Positions 26,575 through 36,474 of a stretch of 64,000 nucleotides of DNA are shown here, piece after piece. Each line of letters starts with the position of its first letter. Position 1 is the first letter of the stretch. The notes under the pieces were generated by a model, which was given only the letters and a program-made list of their open reading frames with translations, ran no database searches and was not told where the DNA came from. Position numbers and translations under genes: made by a program. Source of the stretch: Gemmatimonadota bacterium. Its GTDB lineage: Bacteria; Gemmatimonadota; Gemmatimonadetes; JACCXV01; JAHWKZ01. The stretch lies in NCBI GenBank assembly GCA_036556305.1, contig DATBJO010000026.1, forward strand, positions 23,427 to 87,426. The letters are read 5' to 3'.

Positions 26575-28386
26575 ATGGCCCACCTCTCCTCCTTCTTCTC
26601 TCAGCTCCACTGGCTCGACTGGGTCATGCTCGCCTCGTACTTCGTCCTGTCGCTGACCGTGGGTCTCTGGTTCATGCGGCGCGCCGGTTCGTCGACAGCC
26701 GAGTTCTTCGTCTCGGGACGCGACCTCCCATGGTGGCTGGCGGGGACGTCGATGGTGGCGACGTCGTTCTCGGTGGACACGCCGCTGCTCATCACCGGTT
26801 TCGTGCGCACCCAGGGCATCCAGGGGAACTGGATCTGGTGGTGTTTCGCCCTCGGCGGCGTCTTCTCGGCGTTCGTGTTCGCCCAGCTGTGGCGCAGGAC
26901 CGAGGTCATGACCGACGTCGAGCTCACGCAGCTCCGGTACTCGGGCCGGGCGGCGGCCGGGCTGCGCGGCTTCCGGGCGGTCTACATGACGCTCTACGCC
27001 AACTGCCTGACGATGGGCTGGGTGATCCTCGGCATGGTCAAGGTGTTCGAGACCGCCTTCGATGTCGGGACCCTCGAGGCGACACTGTTCGCCGCCGGAG
27101 TCACGCTCCTGTATTCGATGCTGTCCGGTCTGTGGGGCGTGGTCGTGACCGACCTCGTGCAGTTCGCGCTGGCGATGCTCGGCGCGATCATCCTCGCGGT
27201 GTTCGCCGTGAACGCCGTCGGGGGCATGACGGCGATGATCGAGGGGGTGCGCACGGCGGTCGGACCGGAGACGCTCGCCTTCCTGCCGCGGTTCGGAGGC
27301 GGCGGAGCCGCGTCGTCGACCGGCACGTGGTGGGGCGACCTGCTCGCCTGGTCGGCGACGCCCGCGGCGATCTTCCTGGTCCTGATCACGCTCCAGTGGT
27401 GGGCCAACAAGAACGCAGACGGGGGCGCGGTCGTGATCCAGCGCATGGCTGCCTCGCGCGACGAGCGGGAATCGGTTCTGGGGACGCTCTGGTTCCAGGT
27501 CGCGAATTACGCACTCCGGCCGTGGCCGTGGATCCTCGTGGCCCTGGCGAGCCTCATCCTCTACCCGACGATGGACGACCCGGAGCTCGCGTATCCGCGC
27601 GCCATGGTGGATTTGCTGCCGGCCGGCCTCCTGGGGCTCATGCTGGCCGCCTTCCTGGCCGCGTTCATGTCGACCCTCACCTCGTACATCAACCTGTCGG
27701 CGGCCTACCTCGTGAACGATCTCTATCGTCCGTTCCTCGCAACCGGCAAGAGCGAGAGGCACTACGTGCTCGCCGGGCGAGTCGCTTCGCTGCTCGCGCT
27801 CGCGATCGGCGTCGCGATCAGCTTCTACGCCTCGTCGATCTCCGGGTTGTTCCTGCTGCTGCTGACCCTGGGCGCGGGCATCGGGCTCGTCTACGTGGCG
27901 CGCTGGTTCTGGTGGCGGGTGAACGCGTGGAGCGAGATCTCGGCGATGGTCGCGAGCTCGCTGATCGGCGCGGCGCTCCAGCTCTCACCGGAGTGGGGCG
28001 GGCCCACGTTCCCTTTCGCCGCGAAGGTCTTCCTGAACATCCTCGGCTCGACGGCGGCGTGGGTGGCGGTGACGTTCGCGACGCCGCCCACGTCGATGGA
28101 TCATCTGGCGGAGTTCTACCGGCGGGTCCGGCCTCCGGGATGGTGGCGGCCGGTGCGGGAGGCGACCGGCGGTCCGGCGCGCGCGGACACGTCGGGGCTG
28201 CGGCAGGGGCTGGCGCTCTGGGTGCTCGGCACCGCGTTCGTCTACACGGCGATGTTCGGGCTCGGGAAGCTCGTCCTGCTCGAGTGGGGCTGGGGCATCC
28301 TGTTCACGGCGGCGGCCGTCCTCACGGGCTGGGCTCTGCTGCGCCGGCTGACGCGCGCGAAGGTCGCGCGAATGCTGGGGGCATGA
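26575..28386 (+). CDS. Sodium:solute symporter family (SSF) transporter
   Basis: 13-14 predicted TM helices. The SSF-type pattern is EFFVSGRDLPWWLAGTSMVATSFS. Confidence 0.8.
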   Translation: MAHLSSFFSQLHWLDWVMLASYFVLSLTVGLWFMRRAGSSTAEFFVSGRDLPWWLAGTSMVATSFSVDTPLLITGFVRTQGIQGNWIWWCFALGGVFSAFVFAQLWRRTEVMTDVELTQLRYSGRAAAGLRGFRAVYMTLYANCLTMGWVILGMVKVFETAFDVGTLEATLFAAGVTLLYSMLSGLWGVVVTDLVQFALAMLGAIILAVFAVNAVGGMTAMIEGVRTAVGPETLAFLPRFGGGGAASSTGTWWGDLLAWSATPAAIFLVLITLQWWANKNADGGAVVIQRMAASRDERESVLGTLWFQVANYALRPWPWILVALASLILYPTMDDPELAYPRAMVDLLPAGLLGLMLAAFLAAFMSTLTSYINLSAAYLVNDLYRPFLATGKSERHYVLAGRVASLLALAIGVAISFYASSISGLFLLLLTLGAGIGLVYVARWFWWRVNAWSEISAMVASSLIGAALQLSPEWGGPTFPFAAKVFLNILGSTAAWVAVTFATPPTSMDHLAEFYRRVRPPGWWRPVREATGGPARADTSGLRQGLALWVLGTAFVYTAMFGLGKLVLLEWGWGILFTAAAVLTGWALLRRLTRAKVARMLGA

Positions 28387-28569
28387 CGGCCGCGGCGGCG
28401 GGTGGCGCGACGGGCGAGGTCACCAGGAGAGGCGGGAACACCGGCAACAGCCGGTCCACGCCCGGTCGCGCGCCGCCGAATGTCGAGCGAGGTCCGCTCC
28501 CGGTCCGGCGTGCGCGCGATTCCGTCCGTCGGTCGGCGGGAGACCGGGATCGGGGCTAACTTCGCGTCC

Positions 28570-30489
28570 ATGCCCGCCCCGCGAAGGTCCGGATCCCGGA
28601 GGCGCCCGCGCGCGTGGGACGCGTTCGTCGCGCTCGCGGCTCTCATGGCGCTCGCCCCGGCGGGCGCGCGCGCCCAGGACGGGCTCGCGGTCACGATCCA
28701 GTACCCGCCGGAGGGGGCGGCGGTGACGGCGACGGACTCGACGTTCGTATTCGGCCGGGTGGAGGGGGCCGGCGGACCGGTCGCTCTCACGGTCAACGGA
28801 GGCGACGTTCCCGTGCATCCGGGCGGCGGCTGGATCGCGTTCGTCCCGCTCGAGCCCGATTCGTTCACGTTCGTCGCCGCGGCCACGAGCGGGGGCCGCC
28901 GGGCGGAAGCCCGCCGCACGGTGTGGGTCGCGCGCTCGCCGCTCGAGGCGCCGTCCGGCGACACGCTCGGGTTCAGGCCGGAATCGATCGAGCCCCGCGG
29001 GCCGCTCGAGCTGTACCCCGGCGACACCCTGCGGGTGTCGGTCGTCGCCGCGCCCGACATGCGGGTCCGCGCGCGCCTCGGCGAGCGCGCGATCGAGCTC
29101 ACGCCCGAGCTTCCGGACGCCGCCAACGCGGGCCGTCTCGTGTTCGATTTCGAGGATCCGCCCGAGTCCACCTGGACCGCCGATCCGGCGCCCCCCGCGA
29201 ACGGGAGCTGGAAGCGGTTCGCGGGAGACCTGTACCTCACGTACTCGGGCTCGCCCGGGGACAGCCTCTGGCTCGAGCTCGCCGCGCCCGGCCGCCCGAC
29301 CCGAACGGCGGCGGTGGCGGCGGTCTCGTTTCTCGATCCGACCCGCGTCCGCACCGCCGTGTTCGACGATGACACCGCCGGGACGGGTCGCACCGACCAT
29401 CGGGTGATCGCACGCCACGCTCCGGCCTCCGGGTACTACCTGTTCCTGCCCAACGGCACCCGCGCGGCGATCGGCCGGCGAGCCGGCGACTGGCAGGAGA
29501 TCGCGCTGGGGCCCGGGACGCGCGCGTGGGCGCCGCTGGCCGAGGCGCGCCCGATCCCGGCGGCGCGCCCCTGGAGCACGATCGCGGTCGTCCGCACGCG
29601 ACTCGACGACGGATGGAGCGAGATCGTGGTCCCCACGACCGAGCGCCTCCCGTTCGACATCCGCCAGGAGCTGGATCCGGTACGCTACACGCTGCGGGTC
29701 TTCGGCGCCGAGGCCAACATCGACTGGATCCAGTACACGTTCGCCGATCCGCTGATCGAGTCGATCGTCTGGAGCCAGCGCGAGACCGGGGTTCTCGAGC
29801 TCCGGGTCGGGCTCGCGGCGGACCGGGCGTGGGGATACCGCGCCCGCTGGGAAGGCACGCACCTCGTGCTCGGCTTCCGGCATGCGCCGGCGGCTCTCGC
29901 CGACCGACGTTTTCGCTCGCCGCTCCACGGCATCCGCGTGATCGTCGATCCCGGTCACAATCCCGACAGCGGGGCGGTCGGGCCGACCGGGCTCGAGGAG
30001 CGCGAGGCGAATCTCGGGATCGCACTCGAGCTCGCGCGGATCCTCGAGCAGCGCGGGGCGGAGGTCGTGCTCACCCGGGCCACGGCGGACTCGGCGCTCG
30101 GGCTCTACGACCGGACGAACCTGGCGGTCGCGGCCGGCGGCGAGCTGTTCGTCTCGATCCACAACAACGCGCTGCCCGACGGCGTGAACCCGTTTCACAA
30201 CAACGGGACCTCGGTGCTGTACTATCATCCCCAGTCCCGGGGCCTCGCGGAGGCGATCCAGCGCGAGCTCCTCCCGCGGACGGGCCTTCCGGACCGCGGC
30301 GTATGGCATCAGAACGTCGCCGTCCTGCGGATGAACGAGATGCCGAGCGTGCTGGTCGAGTCGGCGTTCATGATGATCCCCGAGCAGGAGGCGGCGCTGC
30401 GGACACAGGCGTATCGTCGGCGCATCGCCGAGGGCGTGGCGGCGGGGATCGAGCGGTTTCTGAGCGAGCGGGAGGTCGAGGCGCGATGA
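28570..30489 (+). CDS. N-acetylmuramoyl-L-alanine amidase (Amidase_3 family) with a long N-terminal non-catalytic region
   Basis: Signal peptide MPAPRRSGSRRRPRAWDAFVALAALMALAPAGARAQ. C-terminal Amidase_3 core IRVIVDPGHNPDSGAVGPTGLEEREANLGIA...LFVSIHNNAL...SVLVESAFMMIPEQE. Confidence 0.8.
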   Translation: MPAPRRSGSRRRPRAWDAFVALAALMALAPAGARAQDGLAVTIQYPPEGAAVTATDSTFVFGRVEGAGGPVALTVNGGDVPVHPGGGWIAFVPLEPDSFTFVAAATSGGRRAEARRTVWVARSPLEAPSGDTLGFRPESIEPRGPLELYPGDTLRVSVVAAPDMRVRARLGERAIELTPELPDAANAGRLVFDFEDPPESTWTADPAPPANGSWKRFAGDLYLTYSGSPGDSLWLELAAPGRPTRTAAVAAVSFLDPTRVRTAVFDDDTAGTGRTDHRVIARHAPASGYYLFLPNGTRAAIGRRAGDWQEIALGPGTRAWAPLAEARPIPAARPWSTIAVVRTRLDDGWSEIVVPTTERLPFDIRQELDPVRYTLRVFGAEANIDWIQYTFADPLIESIVWSQRETGVLELRVGLAADRAWGYRARWEGTHLVLGFRHAPAALADRRFRSPLHGIRVIVDPGHNPDSGAVGPTGLEEREANLGIALELARILEQRGAEVVLTRATADSALGLYDRTNLAVAAGGELFVSIHNNALPDGVNPFHNNGTSVLYYHPQSRGLAEAIQRELLPRTGLPDRGVWHQNVAVLRMNEMPSVLVESAFMMIPEQEAALRTQAYRRRIAEGVAAGIERFLSEREVEAR

Positions 30490-31085
30490 GCGAGAACGGC
30501 GGGGGGAACGATCTGCGGGACGATCTGTGGCTGGCCGTATGCGAGGGCGACCACGCGATGGTGGAGACGATCGTCGAAGAGCGTCCGGATCTCGCGCGCG
30601 GCAGGACCGACGAGGGTGTTCCGTGGACGCTGGCCGCGGTCTACCGCGGGCATCCGGGCGTTGCCGACCTGCTCCTGCGACACGGCGCGGAGCTCGACGC
30701 TTTCACGGCGGCGGCCCTCGGCCGGACCGATCAGCTCGCGGTCCTGATCGACCGCGGCGAGGCGGACGTCGGGGACCGGAGCGCGGACGGCTGGACGCCG
30801 CTCCACCTGGCCGCGTTCTTCGGACACCGTGAGACGGCGGCGATGCTGCTCGACCGGGGCGCCGATCCCGCGGCGCGCTCGTCGAACGACCTCGACAACA
30901 CCCCGCTCCACGCCGCGCTGGCCGGCCGCCGCGATCCCGTCGTGGAGCTCCTCGTCGAGCGGGGCGCGGACGTCAACGGGGTGGCGAACGGTCTGACGCC
31001 GCTCGACATCGCCGCGGGCAGCGACAACCACGCGATGGTGACGTACCTGCGCGACCACGGCGCCAGCGATGGAGGTGAGAGATGA
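30486..31085 (+). CDS. Ankyrin repeat protein
   Basis: About 5 ankyrin repeats (GWTPLHLAAFFGHRETAAMLLDRGADP..., NTPLHAALAGRRDPVVELLVERGADVN). ATGA overlap with the amidase stop codon. Confidence 0.75.
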   Translation: MSENGGGNDLRDDLWLAVCEGDHAMVETIVEERPDLARGRTDEGVPWTLAAVYRGHPGVADLLLRHGAELDAFTAAALGRTDQLAVLIDRGEADVGDRSADGWTPLHLAAFFGHRETAAMLLDRGADPAARSSNDLDNTPLHAALAGRRDPVVELLVERGADVNGVANGLTPLDIAAGSDNHAMVTYLRDHGASDGGER

Positions 31086-32185
31086 TCTCGGCTCTTCTGA
31101 GGCGCGTCGCGGTGCTGGCCGCCGTCGCGCTCGGCGCGACCGCGTCCGGCGCCGGAATCTCCGGGGCGGCCGCCCAGTCTGTACCGGACGCGCCCGGGTC
31201 GATCAGGCCCGTGGCCACGTACTCGATCGTGGCCCGCGATCCGGCCACCGGAGAGCTCGGCGTCGCGGTCCAGTCGCACTGGTTCGGCGTCGGAGCCATC
31301 GTCGCGTTCGCGGAGGCCGGCGTCGGGGCCGTTGCCACGCAGTCGTTCGTCGATCCCTCGTACGGCCCGTTGGGCCTCGCGCTCATGCGGGCGGGCCGCA
31401 CGGCGCCCGAAGCGCTCGCGGGCCTCCTCGAAGCCGACCCGCATCCCGACGTGCGGCAGGTCGGGATGATCGACGCGGCCGGTCGCGTCGCCGCGCACAC
31501 CGGCGAGAACGCGATCATCGCGGCGGGGCATCAGACGGGGGAGAACTACGCCGTCCAGGCGAACCTGATGGGGAGCGCGACCGTGTGGCCGGCGATGGCG
31601 GCGGCGTTCGAGTCGACGCACGGAGATCTCGCCGAGCGCATGCTCGCCGCGCTCGAGGCCGCTCAGGCCGAGGGCGGCGACATCCGCGGCCGGCAATCGG
31701 CGGCGCTCCTCGTCGTCAGCGGGACGCCCACCGGTCGCCCCTGGGTCGATCGGGTGTTCGATCTGCGGATCGAGGACCACCCCGACCCGCTCGTAGAGCT
31801 CCGGCGGCTCCTGCATCTCGCGCGCGCCTACCGGGAGATGAACGCCGGCGACGAGGCGATGACCGTGAACGACGTGGACGCGGCCGTGGCGCGCTACGAC
31901 GCGGCGGCCACTCTGGAGCCCGGGAACGCGGAGATGGCGTACTGGGCGGGGATCACGCTGGCCTCCGTCGGCCGCGTCGAGGACGCCCTGCCGCGACTCG
32001 GGCGCGCGTATGCGGCGGATCCCGGCTGGGCGGTGCTGACCGCGCGGTTGCCGGCGGCCGGGCTCCTGCCCGAGGATTCCGCGCTCCTCGCGCGACTGCT
32101 CGCGATCCCCGGCGGCGCGCCCGGCATGGACGAGTGGCGGCGGCTGGCGGCCGCCGGACGGGCCCCGCAACTTCCGGCCCCATGA
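31082..32185 (+). CDS. DUF1028 domain protein (Ntn-hydrolase-like fold), secreted
   Basis: Signal peptide, then the hallmark TYSIVARDPATGELGVAVQSHWFGVG (the family's T-[FY]-SIVARD start of the mature domain). C-terminal TPR-like helical region. ATGA overlap with the ankyrin gene. Confidence 0.7.
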   Translation: MISALLRRVAVLAAVALGATASGAGISGAAAQSVPDAPGSIRPVATYSIVARDPATGELGVAVQSHWFGVGAIVAFAEAGVGAVATQSFVDPSYGPLGLALMRAGRTAPEALAGLLEADPHPDVRQVGMIDAAGRVAAHTGENAIIAAGHQTGENYAVQANLMGSATVWPAMAAAFESTHGDLAERMLAALEAAQAEGGDIRGRQSAALLVVSGTPTGRPWVDRVFDLRIEDHPDPLVELRRLLHLARAYREMNAGDEAMTVNDVDAAVARYDAAATLEPGNAEMAYWAGITLASVGRVEDALPRLGRAYAADPGWAVLTARLPAAGLLPEDSALLARLLAIPGGAPGMDEWRRLAAAGRAPQLPAP

Positions 32186-33567
32186 ACGACGACACGAAGG
32201 CGGCACCGGCGCGGAGCGCGACGGAGACATCGGACTGGGGCAACGTCGCCGCGGGCGACGTCATGGAACGCCTCGTCTCGCTCTGCAAGCGGCGCGGGTT
32301 CGTCTTCCAGTCGTCGGAGATCTACGGTGGGGTGGGCTCCACCTGGGACTACGGACCGCTCGGTGTCGAGATGAAGCGCGCGATCCGCGACTTCTGGTGG
32401 GAGTCGATGGTGCGCCGCGACGACATCGAGGGCTTGGACGCGGCCATCCTCATGCATCCGCGCGTGTGGGAAGCGTCCGGGCACGTGGCCGGATTCACAG
32501 ATCCACTTGTGGACTGCCGGAACTGCAAGCACCGCTTCCGTGCCGACGCGTTCGAGACCGGCGTCGAGCGCAAGTGCCCCCGCTGCGGCTCGCGCGACCT
32601 CTCCGAGGCGCGGCAGTTCAACCTCATGTTCAAGACGTTCATGGGACCTGTCGAGGAAGACGCGGCGGTGGTCTATCTGCGTCCCGAGACCGCCCAGGGG
32701 ATCTACGTCAACTTCCTCAACGTCCTGAACGCCTCGCGCCAGAAGATCCCGTTCGGAATCGCGCAGATCGGCAAGGCGTTCAGGAACGAGATCACGCCCG
32801 GAAACTTCATTTTCCGGACGCGCGAGTTCGAGCAGATGGAGATGCAGTACTTCGTGAAGCCGGGCGAGGATCGCGAATGGCTCGAGCGCTGGCTCGCCAC
32901 CCGCCGGCGGTGGTATGCGGAGCTCGGGATCCGGGAGGACAAGCTCCGCGTCCACGAGCACGGACCCGACGAGCTCGCGCACTACGCCGCCGCGGCGTTC
33001 GACATCCAGTACGAGTTCCCGTTCGGGTGGCAGGAGCTGGAAGGCGTCCACGACCGTACCGACTTCGATCTGACCCGGCACGAGGAGTACTCGGGCAAGA
33101 AGCTCTCGTATTTCGACGAGGAGACGAAGGAGCGCTACGTCCCGTACATCGTCGAGACCTCCGCGGGGGTCGATCGGACTCTGCTCATGTGTCTGGTCGA
33201 CGGCTATCGCGAGGAAGGAGAGGGCAAGGAGGCCCGAACCGTGCTCAAGCTGGCGCCACGCATCGCGCCGATGAAAGTGGCGGTCTTCCCGCTCGTGCGG
33301 CGGGATGGGATGCCCGAGCTGGCGGTCGAGATCCACCGCGGACTCGCTCGCCGCTGGAACGCGTTCTTCGACGACGGCGGCTCGATCGGCCGCCGCTATC
33401 GGCGCCAGGACGAGGCTGGCACCCCGTTCTGCGTCACCGTGGACGGCGAATCGGTCGCCGAGCGCACGGTGACCGTGCGCGACCGCGACTCGATGGAGCA
33501 GGTCCGCGTGGCGGTCGATCGGCTCGAAGAATGGCTGACCGGAAGACTGGAAGGGAGGCAGGGATGA
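32182..33567 (+). CDS. glyQS: Glycine--tRNA ligase (dimeric class II type)
   Basis: VSLCKRRGFVFQSSEIYGG..STWDYGPLG...KIPFGIAQIGKAFRNEI are class II motifs. Length 461 aa. ATGA overlap with the upstream gene. Confidence 0.9.
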   Translation: MNDDTKAAPARSATETSDWGNVAAGDVMERLVSLCKRRGFVFQSSEIYGGVGSTWDYGPLGVEMKRAIRDFWWESMVRRDDIEGLDAAILMHPRVWEASGHVAGFTDPLVDCRNCKHRFRADAFETGVERKCPRCGSRDLSEARQFNLMFKTFMGPVEEDAAVVYLRPETAQGIYVNFLNVLNASRQKIPFGIAQIGKAFRNEITPGNFIFRTREFEQMEMQYFVKPGEDREWLERWLATRRRWYAELGIREDKLRVHEHGPDELAHYAAAAFDIQYEFPFGWQELEGVHDRTDFDLTRHEEYSGKKLSYFDEETKERYVPYIVETSAGVDRTLLMCLVDGYREEGEGKEARTVLKLAPRIAPMKVAVFPLVRRDGMPELAVEIHRGLARRWNAFFDDGGSIGRRYRRQDEAGTPFCVTVDGESVAERTVTVRDRDSMEQVRVAVDRLEEWLTGRLEGRQG

Positions 33568-33902
33568 CGGAGCTGACGAAGAAGCATTGCGAGGCCTGCT
33601 CGGGAGACACGCCGCCGCTCAAGGCGGAAGAAGTGTTCCGCCTGCATCAGCAGGTTCCCGAGTGGGACGTGACGTCGGGCAGGAAGCTCGTTCGAAAGTT
33701 CGAGTTCGAGGACTTCGTCGAGGCCATGGAGTTCGTCAACCGTGTGGCCGATCTGGCCGAGGACGAAGGACATCATCCGAACATCGCGATCGACTACCGG
33801 CGCGTGACGTTCACCGTCTGGACGCACGCGATCGACGACCTGTCGGAGAGCGACTTCATTCTCGCGGCGAAGATCGACGAGCTCTACGGGGGCGACGACT
33901 AG
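33564..33902 (+). CDS. 4a-hydroxytetrahydrobiopterin (pterin-4a-carbinolamine) dehydratase
   Basis: 112 aa. EGHHPNIAIDYRRVTFTVWTH matches the [EDKH]-H-[HN]-P-x(5)-Y-x(3)-V PCD signature. ATGA overlap with glyQS. Confidence 0.85.
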   Translation: MTELTKKHCEACSGDTPPLKAEEVFRLHQQVPEWDVTSGRKLVRKFEFEDFVEAMEFVNRVADLAEDEGHHPNIAIDYRRVTFTVWTHAIDDLSESDFILAAKIDELYGGDD

Positions 33903-33922
33903 AGTCGCGTCGCCGCAGGTCT

Positions 33923-34876
33923 TCAGCCGGCCGGCTCGCCCGTGTCAGCGCGCGACTCCCCGGGAGCCGCTTTCTCGCCGGAGCGCGGCATGTCGATCTC
34001 GGTGCGATAGGTGCGGCTGGTCGGATAGGCGAGCTCGACGTTCGGCTCCGCGCCGAACGTGTGCAGGATCCGGCGGCTGATCACGTCGCGGCTGTCACGG
34101 CGCCGACGGACGTGCGTCAGGTATCTGAGCCGCAGTCGGACTCCGCTCTCGCCGATCGAGGTGTAGACGATCGGCGTCGTCACCCCGTAGCGAAACGCGT
34201 AGTCGCTCTCCAGCCTACGGAAGCCGGCCTCGATCTCGTGACGGTGGGGCTCGAAAACCTCGTTACCCACTTCCTGGACGATCTGCCGCGCCCGTTCCCA
34301 GTCGCTCTCGAAGGTGACCGTGAACTCGATCTCGTCCCACACGAACGGACTGCCCGCGGTGAAGTGATAGACCGGATCGGTCAGGATCTTGAAGTTGGGG
34401 ATCGTGATCAGCCGACCGCTCGACTGCTCGCCGAGGCCCTCTCCCCGGACCTCGACGATCGTGAGCTTGAACACGCCGATGTCGATGACGTCGCCCCGGA
34501 CGCCGGCCACCTCGATCCGGCTCCCCAGCGAGACATTGCGTTGCCCGATGATGTAGAACCAGGCGAGGAAAGCGGCGAGGTATTCGCGGAGCGCGATCGC
34601 GAGGCCCGCGCCGATGAAGCCCAGGAGCGTTCCGATGCCTCGCAGCCGCTCGAAGAAGATGATCGCGAGGAGAGCCACGATCACGAAGCTCGCCGTGTAG
34701 GCGACCCGCTTCCGGTACCGGTGACGCTTCTCGGGGTCCGCGACGTGCCCGCGGATCTGCCGATCGACGACGCGATACAGGATATACGCCGCGATCAGGA
34801 CGACCGCGACGACGATCACTCGCCAGGGAAATCCCTGCGCCCAGTCGGGCAACTGTTCCAGAAAGCGCGTCTGCAC
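33923..34876 (-). CDS. Mechanosensitive ion channel (MscS family)
   Basis: N-terminal TM helices, then the MscS beta-domain (GDVIDIGVFKLTIVEVRG...RLITIPNFKILTDPV). Confidence 0.85.
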   Translation of the reverse strand: MQTRFLEQLPDWAQGFPWRVIVVAVVLIAAYILYRVVDRQIRGHVADPEKRHRYRKRVAYTASFVIVALLAIIFFERLRGIGTLLGFIGAGLAIALREYLAAFLAWFYIIGQRNVSLGSRIEVAGVRGDVIDIGVFKLTIVEVRGEGLGEQSSGRLITIPNFKILTDPVYHFTAGSPFVWDEIEFTVTFESDWERARQIVQEVGNEVFEPHRHEIEAGFRRLESDYAFRYGVTTPIVYTSIGESGVRLRLRYLTHVRRRRDSRDVISRRILHTFGAEPNVELAYPTSRTYRTEIDMPRSGEKAAPGESRADTGEPAG

Positions 34877-34912
34877 CCGCGGCCGGTGGCGTCAGGGTCC
34901 CGTCTCGGAGCG

Positions 34913-36337
34913 CTACTCGAACGCCGGAGCGAGGAGCGGGCACTCGTCCGCGCGATCGCGGAGGAAACGCATCTTGCGCCGCTCCAGCCTGCTCACCTCG
35001 CTCTGATACTCGCCGATGTTGTCGAGCTCGTAGTTGTTGAAGCCGATGCGGTCGACGAACCGGATATCGACGTTGTAGTCGTAGTAGCGCCACACCTCGA
35101 ACGGCACAGGACCGGCGGGCATCGGTCGCTCGATGATCTCGTCCGGCGGGCCGAGCGTGATGAACACGCGGCCACGATCGCTCTGATAGCCGGGACGCAG
35201 CGCGCTGCGCCAGGTCCTGTTCGCCGTCTCCACGCGCTGAAAGTAGCTGATCAGGGCCTCGTTCGTCGCCGTCGCCGGAACCGGGTCGCGGATCTTCCAG
35301 AAGCAGTTCCAGGCCTCCATCCTCCGGCCCGGGTCCTCGATCCCCTCGAGGATGTCCATCTCGTCGCCGGTGGCTTCCCAGCGGATCAGCTTCAGCGCGT
35401 CCTCCCAGTTCGTGGCGATCCATGCGCTCGATCCAGCGATCATGACCGGGGTCGACTCGCTCGCGACCACGTTGCCGGCCGCGTCGGTCAGCTCGAGCGT
35501 GAGCTCGAACTCGCCGAACTGCGCGCCGGGGTTCTCGAGCGTGCCGAACGCTTCGAGCGTGCCCGTGGAATCGGGGCTCAGGTCGTCGGTCCACGAGGCG
35601 TCGAGCGGCTCCTCGTCGCCGGCCACCGGGACGAGGCGGACGCGCATCGTGTACGGCGCGTTCTGGGGCGAGGCCCCCGAGGCCTCGGCGAGGAAATCGA
35701 TGCGGTCGGGAGAGGACGGATAGTAGTGGGACGGATGCACGACGTACTCCGTCCCGTCGTCGGCCGGTCGATAGAGGCGCAGCAAGACCGGCTCCGACAG
35801 CGCCAGGCGGGCATCGGGCAGCGCGGGGACCTCGAGATCGCCGGTCACGCGGCTGTCATGGTCGGCGTTGCGGTCGCGCACCGACAGGGCGAGCTCGTAC
35901 TCGCCCGGCGCCAGCGCGAGGTCCGTCTGGAACACGATCGTCTCGGAGGTCAGAAGCGTCTCGTCGAAGGACTCGACGTCCACGCTCTGCTCCCAGGTCT
36001 TCTCGACCGCCGACCCGGCCCCGGTTTCGGGCTCCACGGACGCGGTCACGCCGTAGGTCGCCTGCCAGCGACCGTCGTCGGTGCGGACGAACTGAAGCGC
36101 GCTGTTGGAGAGAGAGATCCCGATCAGGGCGGTCGTCGAATCCGCCGGTCCCGGCAGGTACCAGACGTCGGCGACGAAGTGCACATCGCCGCTGGACTGC
36201 AGGAGATCGTGCTCTTCGTAGAAGCGCTGGTTGGAGAAGATATCCGAGATATCCAGGTCCTGCGCCTGGGCGGGCCCCGAAACGGCGCCGAAACACGCGC
36301 CGAGAACGGCGAGAACGCGGGTGAAATGATCAGACAT
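34913..36337 (-). CDS. Secreted GWxTD domain protein
   Basis: Signal peptide MSDHFTRVLAVLGACFGAVSGPAQAQ. C-terminal SDRGRVFITLGPPDEIIERPMPAGPVPFEVWRYYD is the GWxTD-type motif region. Confidence 0.6.
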   Translation of the reverse strand: MSDHFTRVLAVLGACFGAVSGPAQAQDLDISDIFSNQRFYEEHDLLQSSGDVHFVADVWYLPGPADSTTALIGISLSNSALQFVRTDDGRWQATYGVTASVEPETGAGSAVEKTWEQSVDVESFDETLLTSETIVFQTDLALAPGEYELALSVRDRNADHDSRVTGDLEVPALPDARLALSEPVLLRLYRPADDGTEYVVHPSHYYPSSPDRIDFLAEASGASPQNAPYTMRVRLVPVAGDEEPLDASWTDDLSPDSTGTLEAFGTLENPGAQFGEFELTLELTDAAGNVVASESTPVMIAGSSAWIATNWEDALKLIRWEATGDEMDILEGIEDPGRRMEAWNCFWKIRDPVPATATNEALISYFQRVETANRTWRSALRPGYQSDRGRVFITLGPPDEIIERPMPAGPVPFEVWRYYDYNVDIRFVDRIGFNNYELDNIGEYQSEVSRLERRKMRFLRDRADECPLLAPAFE

Positions 36338-36474
36338 GACGGCTCCTTCGGAACTCTGGCGCTCGGTTCGGCGTATGATCCGCACTTGATCGCCATCGCC
36401 CCTCGGGCTCCCGGCGACACCATCTAACAATACACGCGATCGCGGATCTTGGTTGCATCATCGATGAGGAAATC

